Shown: one piece after another, positions 17,775 through 26,701 of the stretch
Position numbering within the stretch: position 1 is the stretch's first letter
Layout of the letters: the number at the start of each line of letters is the position of its first letter
Origin: Verrucomicrobiota bacterium
Lineage (GTDB): Bacteria > Verrucomicrobiota > Lentisphaeria > Lentisphaerales > Lentisphaeraceae
DNA length: 35,854 bases
Assembly: GCA_039798785.1 (NCBI GenBank)
Contig: JBDKFG010000054.1
Coordinates: forward strand, 1 to 35,854
Reading direction: 5' to 3'
Notes under the pieces: model-generated
Told to the model about the DNA's origin: nothing
Database searches by the model: none
What the model saw: only the letters and a program-made list of their open reading frames with translations
Program-made: the position numbers and the translations under genes

Positions 17775-18991
17775 CAACGCTTGTCCTGGGCGGCGGGAGC
17801 GGCGATCTTAACCGCGATGCCCGGAACCAGATCATTCTCGCTGCTGAGCTCAAGCTCGGCGGTAAGGGTGGTGGCGCTGGGACCGGCAGGACGCCCGGCG
17901 CTGGAAAGGCGGACGACTCTGCCTTCGAGCTTGAGCTGGAGCTCGGGGATTTCGACGGCGAGCTTGGTGCCGGGGGCGTAGTCGGCGGCCTGGGCGAGAG
18001 GCACCTCCCAGCGCACCAGGCCCTTCCGCAGATCGTAGATCCGCCCGTAGACGCCAGGCGCGGCGTCTGCGCCTTCCTTGACGTCAAGACCGACCAGGCT
18101 GCCCGCCGCGGAGGCCCGGAGAGTGAGTGCCGCGACTTCCTGGCTGAACTTGGTCAGGGATTTTTCCGCGTTGAGCAGATCGAGCTTGGCCTTGGCCAGG
18201 CCGAAGGGCGCCATCGCCGCCTGCTGGGCCAGGCCTGCCTTGGTTCGTTCCAGATTGAGCTCGGCCTTGGCGGCAGCCGATTTGAGGTCTTTTTCGCGGT
18301 CGGGGATGCCGATCTCGATCGTCTGCTTGTAGCGGATGCGGGCCATGCCGAGCATGACGTCGCCGTTGGCAAGCCGTCGGGCGGCGCGCTTCAACACCAG
18401 CTCGCGGGTTTCGCCCTCGACCTTGGAACCCTCGTACATCTTCTTCAGCTGCTCATATTCGGCGCGGGCGTCCTCCAAGCTGGCTTCGGAGTCGTCCAGG
18501 CGAGCCTTGGCCTCGGTCAGGGCCGAAGGCTTCTCGACTTCGATGAACTGGCTCAAGGCCAGCCGGGCCCGGGCCAGCGAGGTTTCGGCGTCGGCAAGGG
18601 TGAAGGCGGCCTGCTGGGAGGCGAACCGGGCTTCGTTCTCGGCGCCGGTGAGAGCGATCCGGGCTTGTTCGACGGCGTTGCGGGCTGCAGTCTGGGCGGC
18701 TTCAAGCTCTTCGCACTTGAGCTGCAGGATGGGGGCGTCCTGGGCGACGTCGCCGTCCTTGGCGAGGATCTTGTCGATCTTGCAGGGAGCGCGCAGGGCT
18801 TGCGGCTTGAATTCGACCTTGCCGAGCTCCTTCGGCTCGAAACGGGCGAAGACGGCAGCGGGGGCCTGCGGCTTGGCTGCTTCCTTTGCCGCAGCCGGAG
18901 CAGCCTGCTCTTCGGCACTGAGCGTGGCGCTGGCACAGGTCAGGGCCAGAGTGAGGAAAGAAGCGCGGCTGAAGGAGACGAAGTAGCTCAT
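17774..18991 (-). CDS. HlyD/RND-type periplasmic adaptor (membrane fusion) protein with a long coiled coil
   Basis: Signal peptide and split lipoyl-like halves (KIDKILAKDGD.../LRASAAGSLVGLDVKEG) flanking a long helical hairpin. C-terminal beta-barrel 'LEGRVVRLS...LVPGIAV'. Confidence 0.8.
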   Translation of the reverse strand: MSYFVSFSRASFLTLALTCASATLSAEEQAAPAAAKEAAKPQAPAAVFARFEPKELGKVEFKPQALRAPCKIDKILAKDGDVAQDAPILQLKCEELEAAQTAARNAVEQARIALTGAENEARFASQQAAFTLADAETSLARARLALSQFIEVEKPSALTEAKARLDDSEASLEDARAEYEQLKKMYEGSKVEGETRELVLKRAARRLANGDVMLGMARIRYKQTIEIGIPDREKDLKSAAAKAELNLERTKAGLAQQAAMAPFGLAKAKLDLLNAEKSLTKFSQEVAALTLRASAAGSLVGLDVKEGADAAPGVYGRIYDLRKGLVRWEVPLAQAADYAPGTKLAVEIPELQLKLEGRVVRLSSAGRPAGPSATTLTAELELSSENDLVPGIAVKIAAPAAQDKR

Positions 18992-19186
18992 GGGACACCT
19001 GGGGCAAAAGGGTTGTTGTGAAGATTCTGCGGATTGGAGCAGAGCCCAAAGGTAACGCGCCTATGTCATATTTTTTGCCCAGACCGCAAGAATTTCAGAC
19101 CAGAAAGCGGCCGCAGAAAGAGCGAATGCCTCGATTTCTGGCGAGGCATTGAGATCGGCAAGAGAAAGTCTTCTTGCTTCAATTTT

Positions 19187-19678
19187 TCAGTTCTTCTCGG
19201 CTTTCTCTTCGCTTCCAGCTGGCACAAAGCCTTGAATCGCGGCGGGCAGGCTCTGGTCGAGGAATCGGTCGAGACTCTTGCGAGGCTGCAGGGGATCGCG
19301 AATGGCCCAGAGATGCAGGCTTCCCTGACGATCAAGACGGACCGGGCGGCCGCGTTCGACCTCGACATCAAGATGCTCAAGGCCGCTGTGCAGAACGACT
19401 TCGCTGCGGGCGATCTTCACCGGGAGATGATGGCTCTCGGAGAGAGGCAAGATGAAATAGCAGAACTCGGCGTCGGCGCCTTTGTAGAGAGCCTCCGGCA
19501 AACCCTCGGGCGAGAAACTGGCGTTGGCCAACAGGCGCGCGGCAGAAATCTGCACCAACACAGGCTTTGCGGGGGGCGCAGGCTCTTCGGCCGGGGCCTT
19601 GATGACGGCGGGCGGCGGCGGCTGGGCCGCGGTGCAGCCAAAGCCGAGAAGGATCAGGATGCTGATAGCAAATTTCAT
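19187..19678 (-). CDS. Hypothetical lipoprotein
   Basis: MKFAISILILLGFG-C lipobox and a Pro-rich linker. A GGAGG SD precedes ATG 19678. It lies just downstream of hemE. Confidence 0.7.
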   Translation of the reverse strand: MKFAISILILLGFGCTAAQPPPPAVIKAPAEEPAPPAKPVLVQISAARLLANASFSPEGLPEALYKGADAEFCYFILPLSESHHLPVKIARSEVVLHSGLEHLDVEVERGRPVRLDRQGSLHLWAIRDPLQPRKSLDRFLDQSLPAAIQGFVPAGSEEKAEKN

Positions 19679-19701
19679 CGGACTACCTCCGAGAACTAGA
19701 C

Positions 19702-20730
19702 TTACCTCAAGCTCAACTTCTGCACCGTGTCGACCAGGTGGCGCACATGATCCACCGGGGTTTCGGTCATGATGCCGTGGCCGAGGTTGAAGATGTGGCC
19801 GCGGACATTTTTGGCGGAGGCGAGGATCTCTTTCACCTTGTGGGTGATGATTTCCTTCGGCGCGAAGAGGGCGGCGGGGTCGAAGTTGCCCTGCAGGGTT
19901 TTGCTGTTGCCGCAGAGGCGGGCGGCGGTGTCGAGGGGCAGTTGCCAGCCGCAGCCCATGACATCGGCCTGACAATCGGCGACGACGTCGAAGTAGCCGT
20001 CGGCGCCTTTGACGAAGAGGATGACGGCGGCCTTGGTCTCGGTCTTCAGGTAGCGGACGATTTCGTCGTTGTAGGGCTTGGCGAAGCGGATGTAGTCTTC
20101 GCGGGAGAGGACGCCGCCCCAGGAGTCGAAGAGCTGGACCAGATCGGCGCCGGCGCGGACCTGTTGTTGCAGGTATTCGCGGGTGACGACGGTGAGCATT
20201 TTCATCAGCTCATGGAAGGCTTCGGGGTGTTGCCACATGAACTTCTTGATGTGGCGGTATTCCTTCGACGAGCCGCCTTCGATGCAGTAGGAGGCGAGAG
20301 TGAAGGGGGCGCCGGCGAAACCGATGAGGTCCTTGTTGGCGTCGAGGCGCTTGCGGATCATGCTCACCGCTTCGTAGGCGTATTCGAAGTCTTTTTTGGC
20401 CTTGCAGATCTTGATCCGGTTGACGTCTTCGGGCAGGCGGACAGGATTGTGGATGACAGGACCTTTCTTCTCCTCGAAAGTGAGGTCGAGGCCCATCGGC
20501 ATGAGGGGGGGAAGGATGTCGTTGAAGAGGATGGCGGCGTCGAGGCCGAAGGCATCGATCGGCTGCATGGTGACTTCGCAGGCGACTTCGGCCTTGAAGC
20601 ACATGTCGAGGAAGCTATGCTTCTCGCGGATCTTGCGGTACTCCGGCATGTAGCGGCCGGCCTGGCGCATCAGCCAGACGGGAGTGTAGGGGGTGGGACG
20701 GCCGAAGGCCTGGTCGAGGATGAAACCCAT
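19702..20730 (-). CDS. hemE: Uroporphyrinogen decarboxylase
   Basis: Motifs PVWLMRQAGRYMPEY, DAAILF.DI, LIGFAGAPFTLASY.IEGG, QLFDSWG and HIFNLGHG. An AGGAG SD precedes ATG 20730. Confidence 0.97.
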   Translation of the reverse strand: MGFILDQAFGRPTPYTPVWLMRQAGRYMPEYRKIREKHSFLDMCFKAEVACEVTMQPIDAFGLDAAILFNDILPPLMPMGLDLTFEEKKGPVIHNPVRLPEDVNRIKICKAKKDFEYAYEAVSMIRKRLDANKDLIGFAGAPFTLASYCIEGGSSKEYRHIKKFMWQHPEAFHELMKMLTVVTREYLQQQVRAGADLVQLFDSWGGVLSREDYIRFAKPYNDEIVRYLKTETKAAVILFVKGADGYFDVVADCQADVMGCGWQLPLDTAARLCGNSKTLQGNFDPAALFAPKEIITHKVKEILASAKNVRGHIFNLGHGIMTETPVDHVRHLVDTVQKLSLR

Positions 20731-20888
20731 GAAAATTCTCCTGTGATTAAGCAAAGCTAGAGGCTGAATGAGTTTTTGCACGGGCTCAACGACGCGCCAG
20801 AAACGGCGCCTGCAGGCAGCGGCGGCAAATGTCGCGAATGGCGTTATACTGCGCGGATTCAAAACCGAAACGAACCACGAGTGACCCG

Positions 20889-22043
20889 ATGAACCAGACC
20901 GCCTCCTCGCCCTTCGCCTGGGCCGACGCCGCCCTCCGCGGCGAACTCCTCTCCCAGGAAGACGCCCGCCGCATCCTCGCCGACGAGTCGATCGACGTCG
21001 CCGAGCTCGCCGCCGCCGCCGGCAAGGTCCGCCGCCATTACTTCGGCAAGAAGGTCAAGGTCCACCAGATCAACAACGTCCAGAACGGCCTCTGCCCCGA
21101 GGACTGCGGCTACTGCGGCCAGGCCAAATCCTCCGAGGCCCCGGTCAACAAGTACCCGATGAAGTCGGAGGACGAGATCATCGAGGACGCCAAGAAGGCC
21201 AAGGAACAGGGCGTCTTCCGCTACTGCATGGTCAGCTCCGGCCGCGGCCTCAACGACAAGAAGGCCGACGACTGGGCCCGCATCCTCGGCCGCCTCCGCG
21301 ACGAAGTCGGCATCCGCACCTGCCTCTCCGTCGGCCTCGTCTCCTACGACCAGGCCTGCAAACTCAAGGAGGCCGGCCTCGACCGCCTCAACCACAACCT
21401 CAACACCTCCGAACAGCACACCCCCAACATCGTCTCCTCGCACACCTACCAGGACCGCGTCGACACCATCAAGAACGCCCAGAAGGCGGGCCTCGACAAC
21501 TGCTCCGGCATGATCTGCGGCATGGGCGAAAGCGACGCCGACATCCTCGAAGTCGCCTACCGCCTGCGCGAGATGAAGGTCCCCTCGATCCCGATCAACT
21601 TCCTCATCCCGATCGAAGGCAACCGCCTCTACGACTTCGGCCAGCTCAGCCCCGAGCGCTGCGTCCGCATCCTCTGCCTCTTCCGCTTCATCAACCCGAG
21701 CGCCGAAGTCCGCGTCGGCGGCGGCCGCGAAGGCCATTTGCGGACCCTGCAGACCCTCGCCCTCTGGCCCGCCAACTCGCTCTTCGTCGAAGGCTACCTG
21801 GTGACCCGCGGCGACGCCAAGTCGAAGGTCTACCGGATGATCGAGGACGCCGGCTTCGAACTCGACGGCGCCCCCGCTGCCGCCGATCTCAGCCCCGCCG
21901 ACAAGTTCCAGATCGACGAGGACCCCAACATCCTCCACCCCAAGGCCGGCAAACGCGAGGCCTGGACCCCCAAGGCCCCCGAGCCCGCCGCGATGGGCGG
22001 CTCCTGCGGCAGCACCGGCGGCGGCTGCGGCTCCTGCCATTGA
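20889..22043 (+). CDS. bioB: Biotin synthase (radical SAM)
   Basis: CPEDCGYC.Q radical SAM motif, plus RYCMV, NHNLNTS, CSGMI.GMGE, SIPINFL.PI.G and R..GGRE. It has a C-terminal extension. Confidence 0.96.
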   Translation: MNQTASSPFAWADAALRGELLSQEDARRILADESIDVAELAAAAGKVRRHYFGKKVKVHQINNVQNGLCPEDCGYCGQAKSSEAPVNKYPMKSEDEIIEDAKKAKEQGVFRYCMVSSGRGLNDKKADDWARILGRLRDEVGIRTCLSVGLVSYDQACKLKEAGLDRLNHNLNTSEQHTPNIVSSHTYQDRVDTIKNAQKAGLDNCSGMICGMGESDADILEVAYRLREMKVPSIPINFLIPIEGNRLYDFGQLSPERCVRILCLFRFINPSAEVRVGGGREGHLRTLQTLALWPANSLFVEGYLVTRGDAKSKVYRMIEDAGFELDGAPAAADLSPADKFQIDEDPNILHPKAGKREAWTPKAPEPAAMGGSCGSTGGGCGSCH

Positions 22044-22075
22044 TCTTGACTTGCGGCGGAAGCCGAACCGAGGCA

Positions 22076-22107
22076 GGGCAGGGCGGCAGTCCTGCCCGCT
22101 TTGTTTT
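22076..22107 (+). terminator. Intrinsic terminator after bioB
   Basis: gggcagggc-ggca-gtcctgccc followed by gctttgtttt. Confidence 0.6.
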
Positions 22108-22205
22108 ACGGATCATACAGCGCCGGTCCAGGCTCTGAAATTTAAAGAAGTGCCGTGATTTTCGCAGACTGATCCTTGGCACTGCCTCTTCGAGCCTGAC
22201 CGAGC

Positions 22206-22919
22206 TCAGACCCTTCCCTTCAAGGCGTAGCGGTCCCCGGGATGCCAGAAGATCGAATAAGCCACCGCTTCCTGGCCGGAGAAGCTGAGGCGACTGAGCT
22301 TGAGGCAAGGACTGCCCTCGGAGATGCCGAGGGCGGCGGCAGTAGGGGCATCAGGCAGAACCGCCGTGACGCTGTAATCGACGGCGCTCAGCGGCGCTAC
22401 CCGATGCAGGTATTCGCTCGGGGTTTCGCGGCTGAAATCCTGCTGCAGATATTCCGGCACCAGATCCGGGCGGATCCAACGTTCTTCCAGCTGCAGCGGC
22501 AGTGCGTTCTCGAAGTGGACTAGGCGGGAGTGGAAGAGGCGCCCCTTCTGCTCCCGGCTGGTGAGATTGAGACGGCGGATGACGAATTCCGGCGGTCGGA
22601 CCGACTCGAGCAGGAGGAGCTGCGAACGGTGCTCACCGCCGCGCTCCCGGATCTCTTCGGCGACAGAGCGCACCCGCAGCAAGGTCGATTCGACCCGCGG
22701 CGGCGCCACGAAGGTTCCCGAGCCCTGGATCCGGCCCAGCAGGCCTTCCGCCTCGAGCTCCTTGATCACTCGGTTCATCGTCATCCGCGCCACCGCGTAT
22801 TCGCGAGCCAGGGCCTCTTCACCCGGGATGCTCTCCCCGGCCTTCCATTCGCCGGCCTTGAGCCGACCCAGCAGCGAAGTCTTGATCTGCCGCCAGCGCG
22901 GCTCTGATTTGTCGCTCAT
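22206..22919 (-). CDS. hutC: GntR/UTRA-family histidine utilization repressor
   Basis: wHTH 'IPGEEALAREYAVARMTMNR...RIQGSGTFVA', 'VAEEIRERG..H', UTRA domain 'HFENALPLQLEERW..P...PEYLQQDF..ETP.EYL' and 'HPGDRY'. GGAGGAG SD. Confidence 0.9.
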   Translation of the reverse strand: MSDKSEPRWRQIKTSLLGRLKAGEWKAGESIPGEEALAREYAVARMTMNRVIKELEAEGLLGRIQGSGTFVAPPRVESTLLRVRSVAEEIRERGGEHRSQLLLLESVRPPEFVIRRLNLTSREQKGRLFHSRLVHFENALPLQLEERWIRPDLVPEYLQQDFSRETPSEYLHRVAPLSAVDYSVTAVLPDAPTAAALGISEGSPCLKLSRLSFSGQEAVAYSIFWHPGDRYALKGRV

Positions 22920-22954
22920 CGTCTTGTCTCCTCCGGCGCAACTTAGCCCCGGGC

Positions 22955-22968
22955 ACTGTCTAGACAAG
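22955..22968. promoter_or_regulatory. HutC-type operator (autoregulatory)
   Basis: Perfect palindrome TGTCTAGACA (22957-22966; CTTGTCTAGACAG on the minus strand) about 40 nt upstream of the hutC start. It matches the HutC consensus TGTMTAKACA. Confidence 0.75.
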
Positions 22969-22987
22969 GCGTTCCGGGGGGAAGCTG

Positions 22988-24187
22988 TCAGGTGCCGAGA
23001 AGTTTCTCGAGCTTGGCGGCCTGGATTTCGAAATCGATCATCTGTTTGCGGGCCTTGGCGATCTCCGCCTCGACCTTGGCCGTCTCGGCATCGGCGTTCT
23101 TGATCTCTGCGGCGCAGGCTTCGAGGAGCTTTTCGGCCTCGCGTCGGTGAACGTAGATCAGGCCGGCGGGTGGAGCTCGCACGCTGAGCTTGCGGCTCTC
23201 GTCGATCTTCACCTCGAGGGAGGCCAGCTCGGAATAGCCGCCGTCAATGGCCTTCTCGAGGCGGAGCTGGCGCGCCACGGCTTCGCGCAGCAGGGCTCCG
23301 AGCTTCAGGTCGGCCAGGCGGCGTTCGAGGGCGCTGAGACGGGCTGCGAGACGGGCGCTGCCGGCGTCCATCTCGGCGCGCCGTCCCTGCAGCAGCACCA
23401 GGTCGGCGAGGGCGACGGCGTAGTCCTTGCCGTCGAGAGCGGCGATGCGCCAGTCGGAGTGCTTCGGGTGCGGGCGGACGGTGAGGATCTGCTCGCCCTC
23501 GGCGACTTTTCCGAGCTTGTTGTTGTCGAGGTAGAGTTTGGCGCCGGTCTTGACCAGGGCGCGGCCGGCGCCGCGGCCGGAGAAGAGCTCCGGCAGGGCC
23601 TGGAGGCGTGCGTCGAGGACGAGGACCTGCGCCATCGCCTTCTCGCATCGCAGGTCCGCCTCGGCAAGCGCTTTCCGCTGCGTCGCCAGGGTGGCGGCGG
23701 ACTCCTTGACGAACTTGCGGGCCTTGGCGGCGCTGAGCAGGGGGTCGTGGTCATAGACGGTGAGGATTTCGCCGTTGGGGGAGCGCAGGGTGCGCAAGCT
23801 GCGGATGGAGAGGCAGGCGTCGCGCCGGGTTTCAATCAAGGCCTGCTCGAGTCCGTCGCATTCAGCGGCGAGCCGCAGGCTGCGGCCCGTCTCGGTCTTG
23901 AAAGCCGCCTCGGCGTCGATCTTCTGCTTCCGCAAGCTGGCGTCGTGCTCTTCTCGGCTGGCGAAGTGGCGGCGGGCGGCATGCAGGACGCTGCCGTCGG
24001 GACGGCGCAGCAGCACCTGGTCGCGGGACTGGGGATCCGCCTCGCCATCGACCAGCTCGCCGCGGTGGAGCCGCGCCACGGGGCGGTTCTGGGAGTTCTC
24101 CAGCTCGACGGACTCGCTGTTGACCAGGAGGGGCTCGGCCGCGAGAGGCAGGGCGAGCAGCAGCAAAATGGCCGGCAGGGACTTCAT
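22988..24187 (-). CDS. Secreted hypothetical protein with two SH3-like beta segments and coiled coils
   Basis: Signal peptide MKSLPAILLLLALPLAA and an AGGAG SD. Two similar beta modules are each followed by a long helix. Confidence 0.7.
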   Translation of the reverse strand: MKSLPAILLLLALPLAAEPLLVNSESVELENSQNRPVARLHRGELVDGEADPQSRDQVLLRRPDGSVLHAARRHFASREEHDASLRKQKIDAEAAFKTETGRSLRLAAECDGLEQALIETRRDACLSIRSLRTLRSPNGEILTVYDHDPLLSAAKARKFVKESAATLATQRKALAEADLRCEKAMAQVLVLDARLQALPELFSGRGAGRALVKTGAKLYLDNNKLGKVAEGEQILTVRPHPKHSDWRIAALDGKDYAVALADLVLLQGRRAEMDAGSARLAARLSALERRLADLKLGALLREAVARQLRLEKAIDGGYSELASLEVKIDESRKLSVRAPPAGLIYVHRREAEKLLEACAAEIKNADAETAKVEAEIAKARKQMIDFEIQAAKLEKLLGT

Positions 24188-24261
24188 GGGGGGCTCCTTG
24201 AACTCGTTTGCCCGTGTAATATACGCCGCATTACCCATGACGCACGCAGGAGCCAGCCATC

Positions 24262-24645
24262 ATGATCATCGCCATCGGCACCGACCTTTGCGCCGTCCCG
24301 CGCATCGCCCGCCTGCTCGAGCCGGAGCGTCGCGACGCCTTCCTGGAGCGCTGCTACACCGCCGCGGAGCAGGAACTGGCACCGGCGGCGCCCCCCGGCC
24401 AGGCAGCCTTCTTCGCCGGCCGCTGGGCCGCCAAGGAAGCGGTGTCGAAGGCCCTCGGCACCGGCATCGGCGAACACTGCGGCTGGCGCGACGTCGAAGT
24501 GCTGCGCCAGCCGGGCGGAGCGCCCCTGCTTCGCCTCGGCGGCGCCGCCGCGCGACGCGCCGCCAGCCTCGGCATCGCCCGCTGGCACCTGTCGATCTCC
24601 CACGAGCGGGAGCACGCCGTCGCCTTTGTCGTCGCCGAAGCCTGA
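24262..24645 (+). CDS. acpS: Holo-[acyl-carrier-protein] synthase
   Basis: Motifs IGTDL, AGRWAAKEAVSKALGTG and HLSISHE...AVAFVV. Confidence 0.95.
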   Translation: MIIAIGTDLCAVPRIARLLEPERRDAFLERCYTAAEQELAPAAPPGQAAFFAGRWAAKEAVSKALGTGIGEHCGWRDVEVLRQPGGAPLLRLGGAAARRAASLGIARWHLSISHEREHAVAFVVAEA

Positions 24646-24668
24646 ATCCCAGCGCGGAATCCACCTGA

Positions 24669-25895
24669 ATGAAACGCCTCGCCGTCATCGACATCGCCAG
24701 TGAATTCCCCGCCCGCGGCGGCGCCGCCCGCGACCTCCGCGAAAGCCTCAGCCGCCTGCAGGGCCTGTGCGAGATCCGCATCTTCCGCCTCGCCCTCGGA
24801 GCGCCTTTCCCCCGCGCCGCGAGCCCCCTGCAGCTCGGCCTCGAGGAACTCCGCCTGGCCCCGCCCAGCCTCGACCGCGAAGGCGTGGTGGCTGCTTTCG
24901 TCAAGGCCCTCGAGTCCTGGCGGCCCGACGCCGTCTTCATCGGCGACGGCTGGATGCTCAAGCCCTTCCTCGCCCTCGCCTGCACCGCGCGCTGGCCCAC
25001 CCTCCTGCGGCTCTACGCCCTCGAGATGCTCTGCCCCCGCAACAACGAATGCTGGCGGCACGACCACTCCTGCGGCAACCATCTCCTGCGCGACGCCGAC
25101 ACCTGCCGCCGCTGCGTCCGGGACTACCAGGAGATCATCGGACGCCACCGCGGCCCGGATGGCAACATCCTCACCAACGAGCAGCGACTGGCACGCGTCC
25201 TCGACCCCGATTACCCCGATGCCGTCCGCCAGGCCCTGCGCCAATGCCGCAGCATCTGCTCCAACGTCGAACTCGCCGAGCTCATCCGCCAGCTCAAGCC
25301 GGAACACCCTCCCGTCATCCTGCCCGGTGGCGTCGACGAGGCCTTCCTCCAGGCCCCGCCGCCCTCCCCCGCCGCCGGAGTCTTCTCCATCCTCGCCCAC
25401 GGACGGATGGACGATCCGGCCAAAGGCGCCGCCTGGCTGATCGCCGCCGCCGCCAGATTGCGCCAGGAGGGCCTTCCCGTCCGCCTCACCTTGACCCGGC
25501 CGCCTCGTCCGGAGTCTCCCGACTGGCTGCGCGAAACCGGCTGGATCGATCAACCCGCCCTGCTTCGCGAACTCGCCGCCGCCGACGTCGCGGTCATGCC
25601 ATCCCTCTGGGACGAAGCCTTCGGCCTCGCCGCCCTCGAAGCCATGGCGGCTGGCCTGCCGCTCATCGCCAGCTCGGCCCCAGGCCCCCGCAGCTTCATC
25701 CGCCACGGCGAGGACGCCTGGCTGGTTCCCCCCGGTGACGAGCAGGCACTGCTCGACGCCCTGCGCCTGCTGCATGACGCCCCCGAGCTCCGACGGCGCC
25801 TCGGCGTTCAGGCCCGCCGCCGCGCCGCCGAATTCACCTGGGATGCCGCCGCCGCCGCCCTCGGACGCGAACTGCGCTCACTTCTAGGAAGCTGA
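24669..25895 (+). CDS. Glycosyltransferase family 4 protein with a Cys-rich insert
   Basis: GT4 signature ADVAVMPSLWDEAFGLAALEAMAAGLPLI. The LCP...C....C........C..C insert is common in this subfamily. Confidence 0.9.
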   Translation: MKRLAVIDIASEFPARGGAARDLRESLSRLQGLCEIRIFRLALGAPFPRAASPLQLGLEELRLAPPSLDREGVVAAFVKALESWRPDAVFIGDGWMLKPFLALACTARWPTLLRLYALEMLCPRNNECWRHDHSCGNHLLRDADTCRRCVRDYQEIIGRHRGPDGNILTNEQRLARVLDPDYPDAVRQALRQCRSICSNVELAELIRQLKPEHPPVILPGGVDEAFLQAPPPSPAAGVFSILAHGRMDDPAKGAAWLIAAAARLRQEGLPVRLTLTRPPRPESPDWLRETGWIDQPALLRELAAADVAVMPSLWDEAFGLAALEAMAAGLPLIASSAPGPRSFIRHGEDAWLVPPGDEQALLDALRLLHDAPELRRRLGVQARRRAAEFTWDAAAAALGRELRSLLGS

Positions 25896-25992
25896 ACGAG
25901 CCAAGCCTGTCATCCCCCCGCGACAGGGTTTTTTGCGGCGCTAGATTCTGCCGTTCCTGCATAAAAACCACAGAAAAACCCGGAGACCCCCC

Positions 25993-26379
25993 ATGTCCAA
26001 GCTGACCAAAGTCGACACCAAAGACGCTCCCGCCGCCATCGGCCCCTACTCCCAGGCGATCAAAGCCAACGGCTTCATGTTCTGCTCCGGCCAGATCCCC
26101 CTCGATCCCGCCACCGGCAAGCTGGTCGAAGGCGACGTCACCGTCCAGGCCCACCGCGTTTTCAAGAACATCCAGGCCGTCCTCGCCGCTGAAGGCAAGA
26201 CCTTCGCCGACGTCGTCCGTTCCGAGTGCTACCTCGCCGATCTGAACGACTTCGCCGCCTTCAACGAAGTCTACAAGCAATACTACGTCAACGACCCCAA
26301 GCCCGCCCGCAACACCTTCCAGGTCGCCAAGCTGCCCCTCGCCTGCGCCGTCGAAGTCGCCGTCATCGTCGCCCTCTAA
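25993..26379 (+). CDS. ridA: RidA/YjgF family enamine/imine deaminase
   Basis: Motifs APAAIGPYSQAI, FCSGQIPLDP, F..FNEVY and PAR..FQVAKLP....VE. Confidence 0.95.
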   Translation: MSKLTKVDTKDAPAAIGPYSQAIKANGFMFCSGQIPLDPATGKLVEGDVTVQAHRVFKNIQAVLAAEGKTFADVVRSECYLADLNDFAAFNEVYKQYYVNDPKPARNTFQVAKLPLACAVEVAVIVAL

Positions 26380-26386
26380 ACCGCCG

Positions 26387-26698
26387 ATGAATCTCGCCGA
26401 CGAGATCGCCAAGCTCGACTCCCTCCGCCAGGGGGGAGTGCTGAGCGAGGAGGAGTTCCGCCAAGCCAAGGATAAGCTCCTCGCGGGTGGAGCTCCTCCG
26501 CCCCTGCCGGTCGCGCAAAAATGGTGCCGCTCCAGCACCGACGCTTGGATCGGCGGCATCTGCGGCGGTTGCGCCGCCGCCACCGAATCCCCCTCCTGGG
26601 TCTGGCGCCTCGGCTTCGTCCTCATCACTCTCTTCAGCTTCGGCGTCGTCGGCCCGATCCTCTACCTTCTCGCCCTGATTTTCATGCCCAAGGAATAA
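26387..26698 (+). CDS. SHOCT + PspC domain protein
   Basis: N-terminal SHOCT 'LADEIAKLDSLRQGGVLSEEEFRQAKDKLL'. PspC 'RSSTDAWIGGICGG.A......WVWRL...LYL...IFMP'. Confidence 0.9.
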   Translation: MNLADEIAKLDSLRQGGVLSEEEFRQAKDKLLAGGAPPPLPVAQKWCRSSTDAWIGGICGGCAAATESPSWVWRLGFVLITLFSFGVVGPILYLLALIFMPKE

Positions 26699-26701
26699 CC
26701 C

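Noticed and set aside
25906..25934. Hairpin plus T run after the glycosyltransferase gene
   Set aside because: The 6-bp stem has a 10-nt loop, which is too weak to call as a terminator with confidence.
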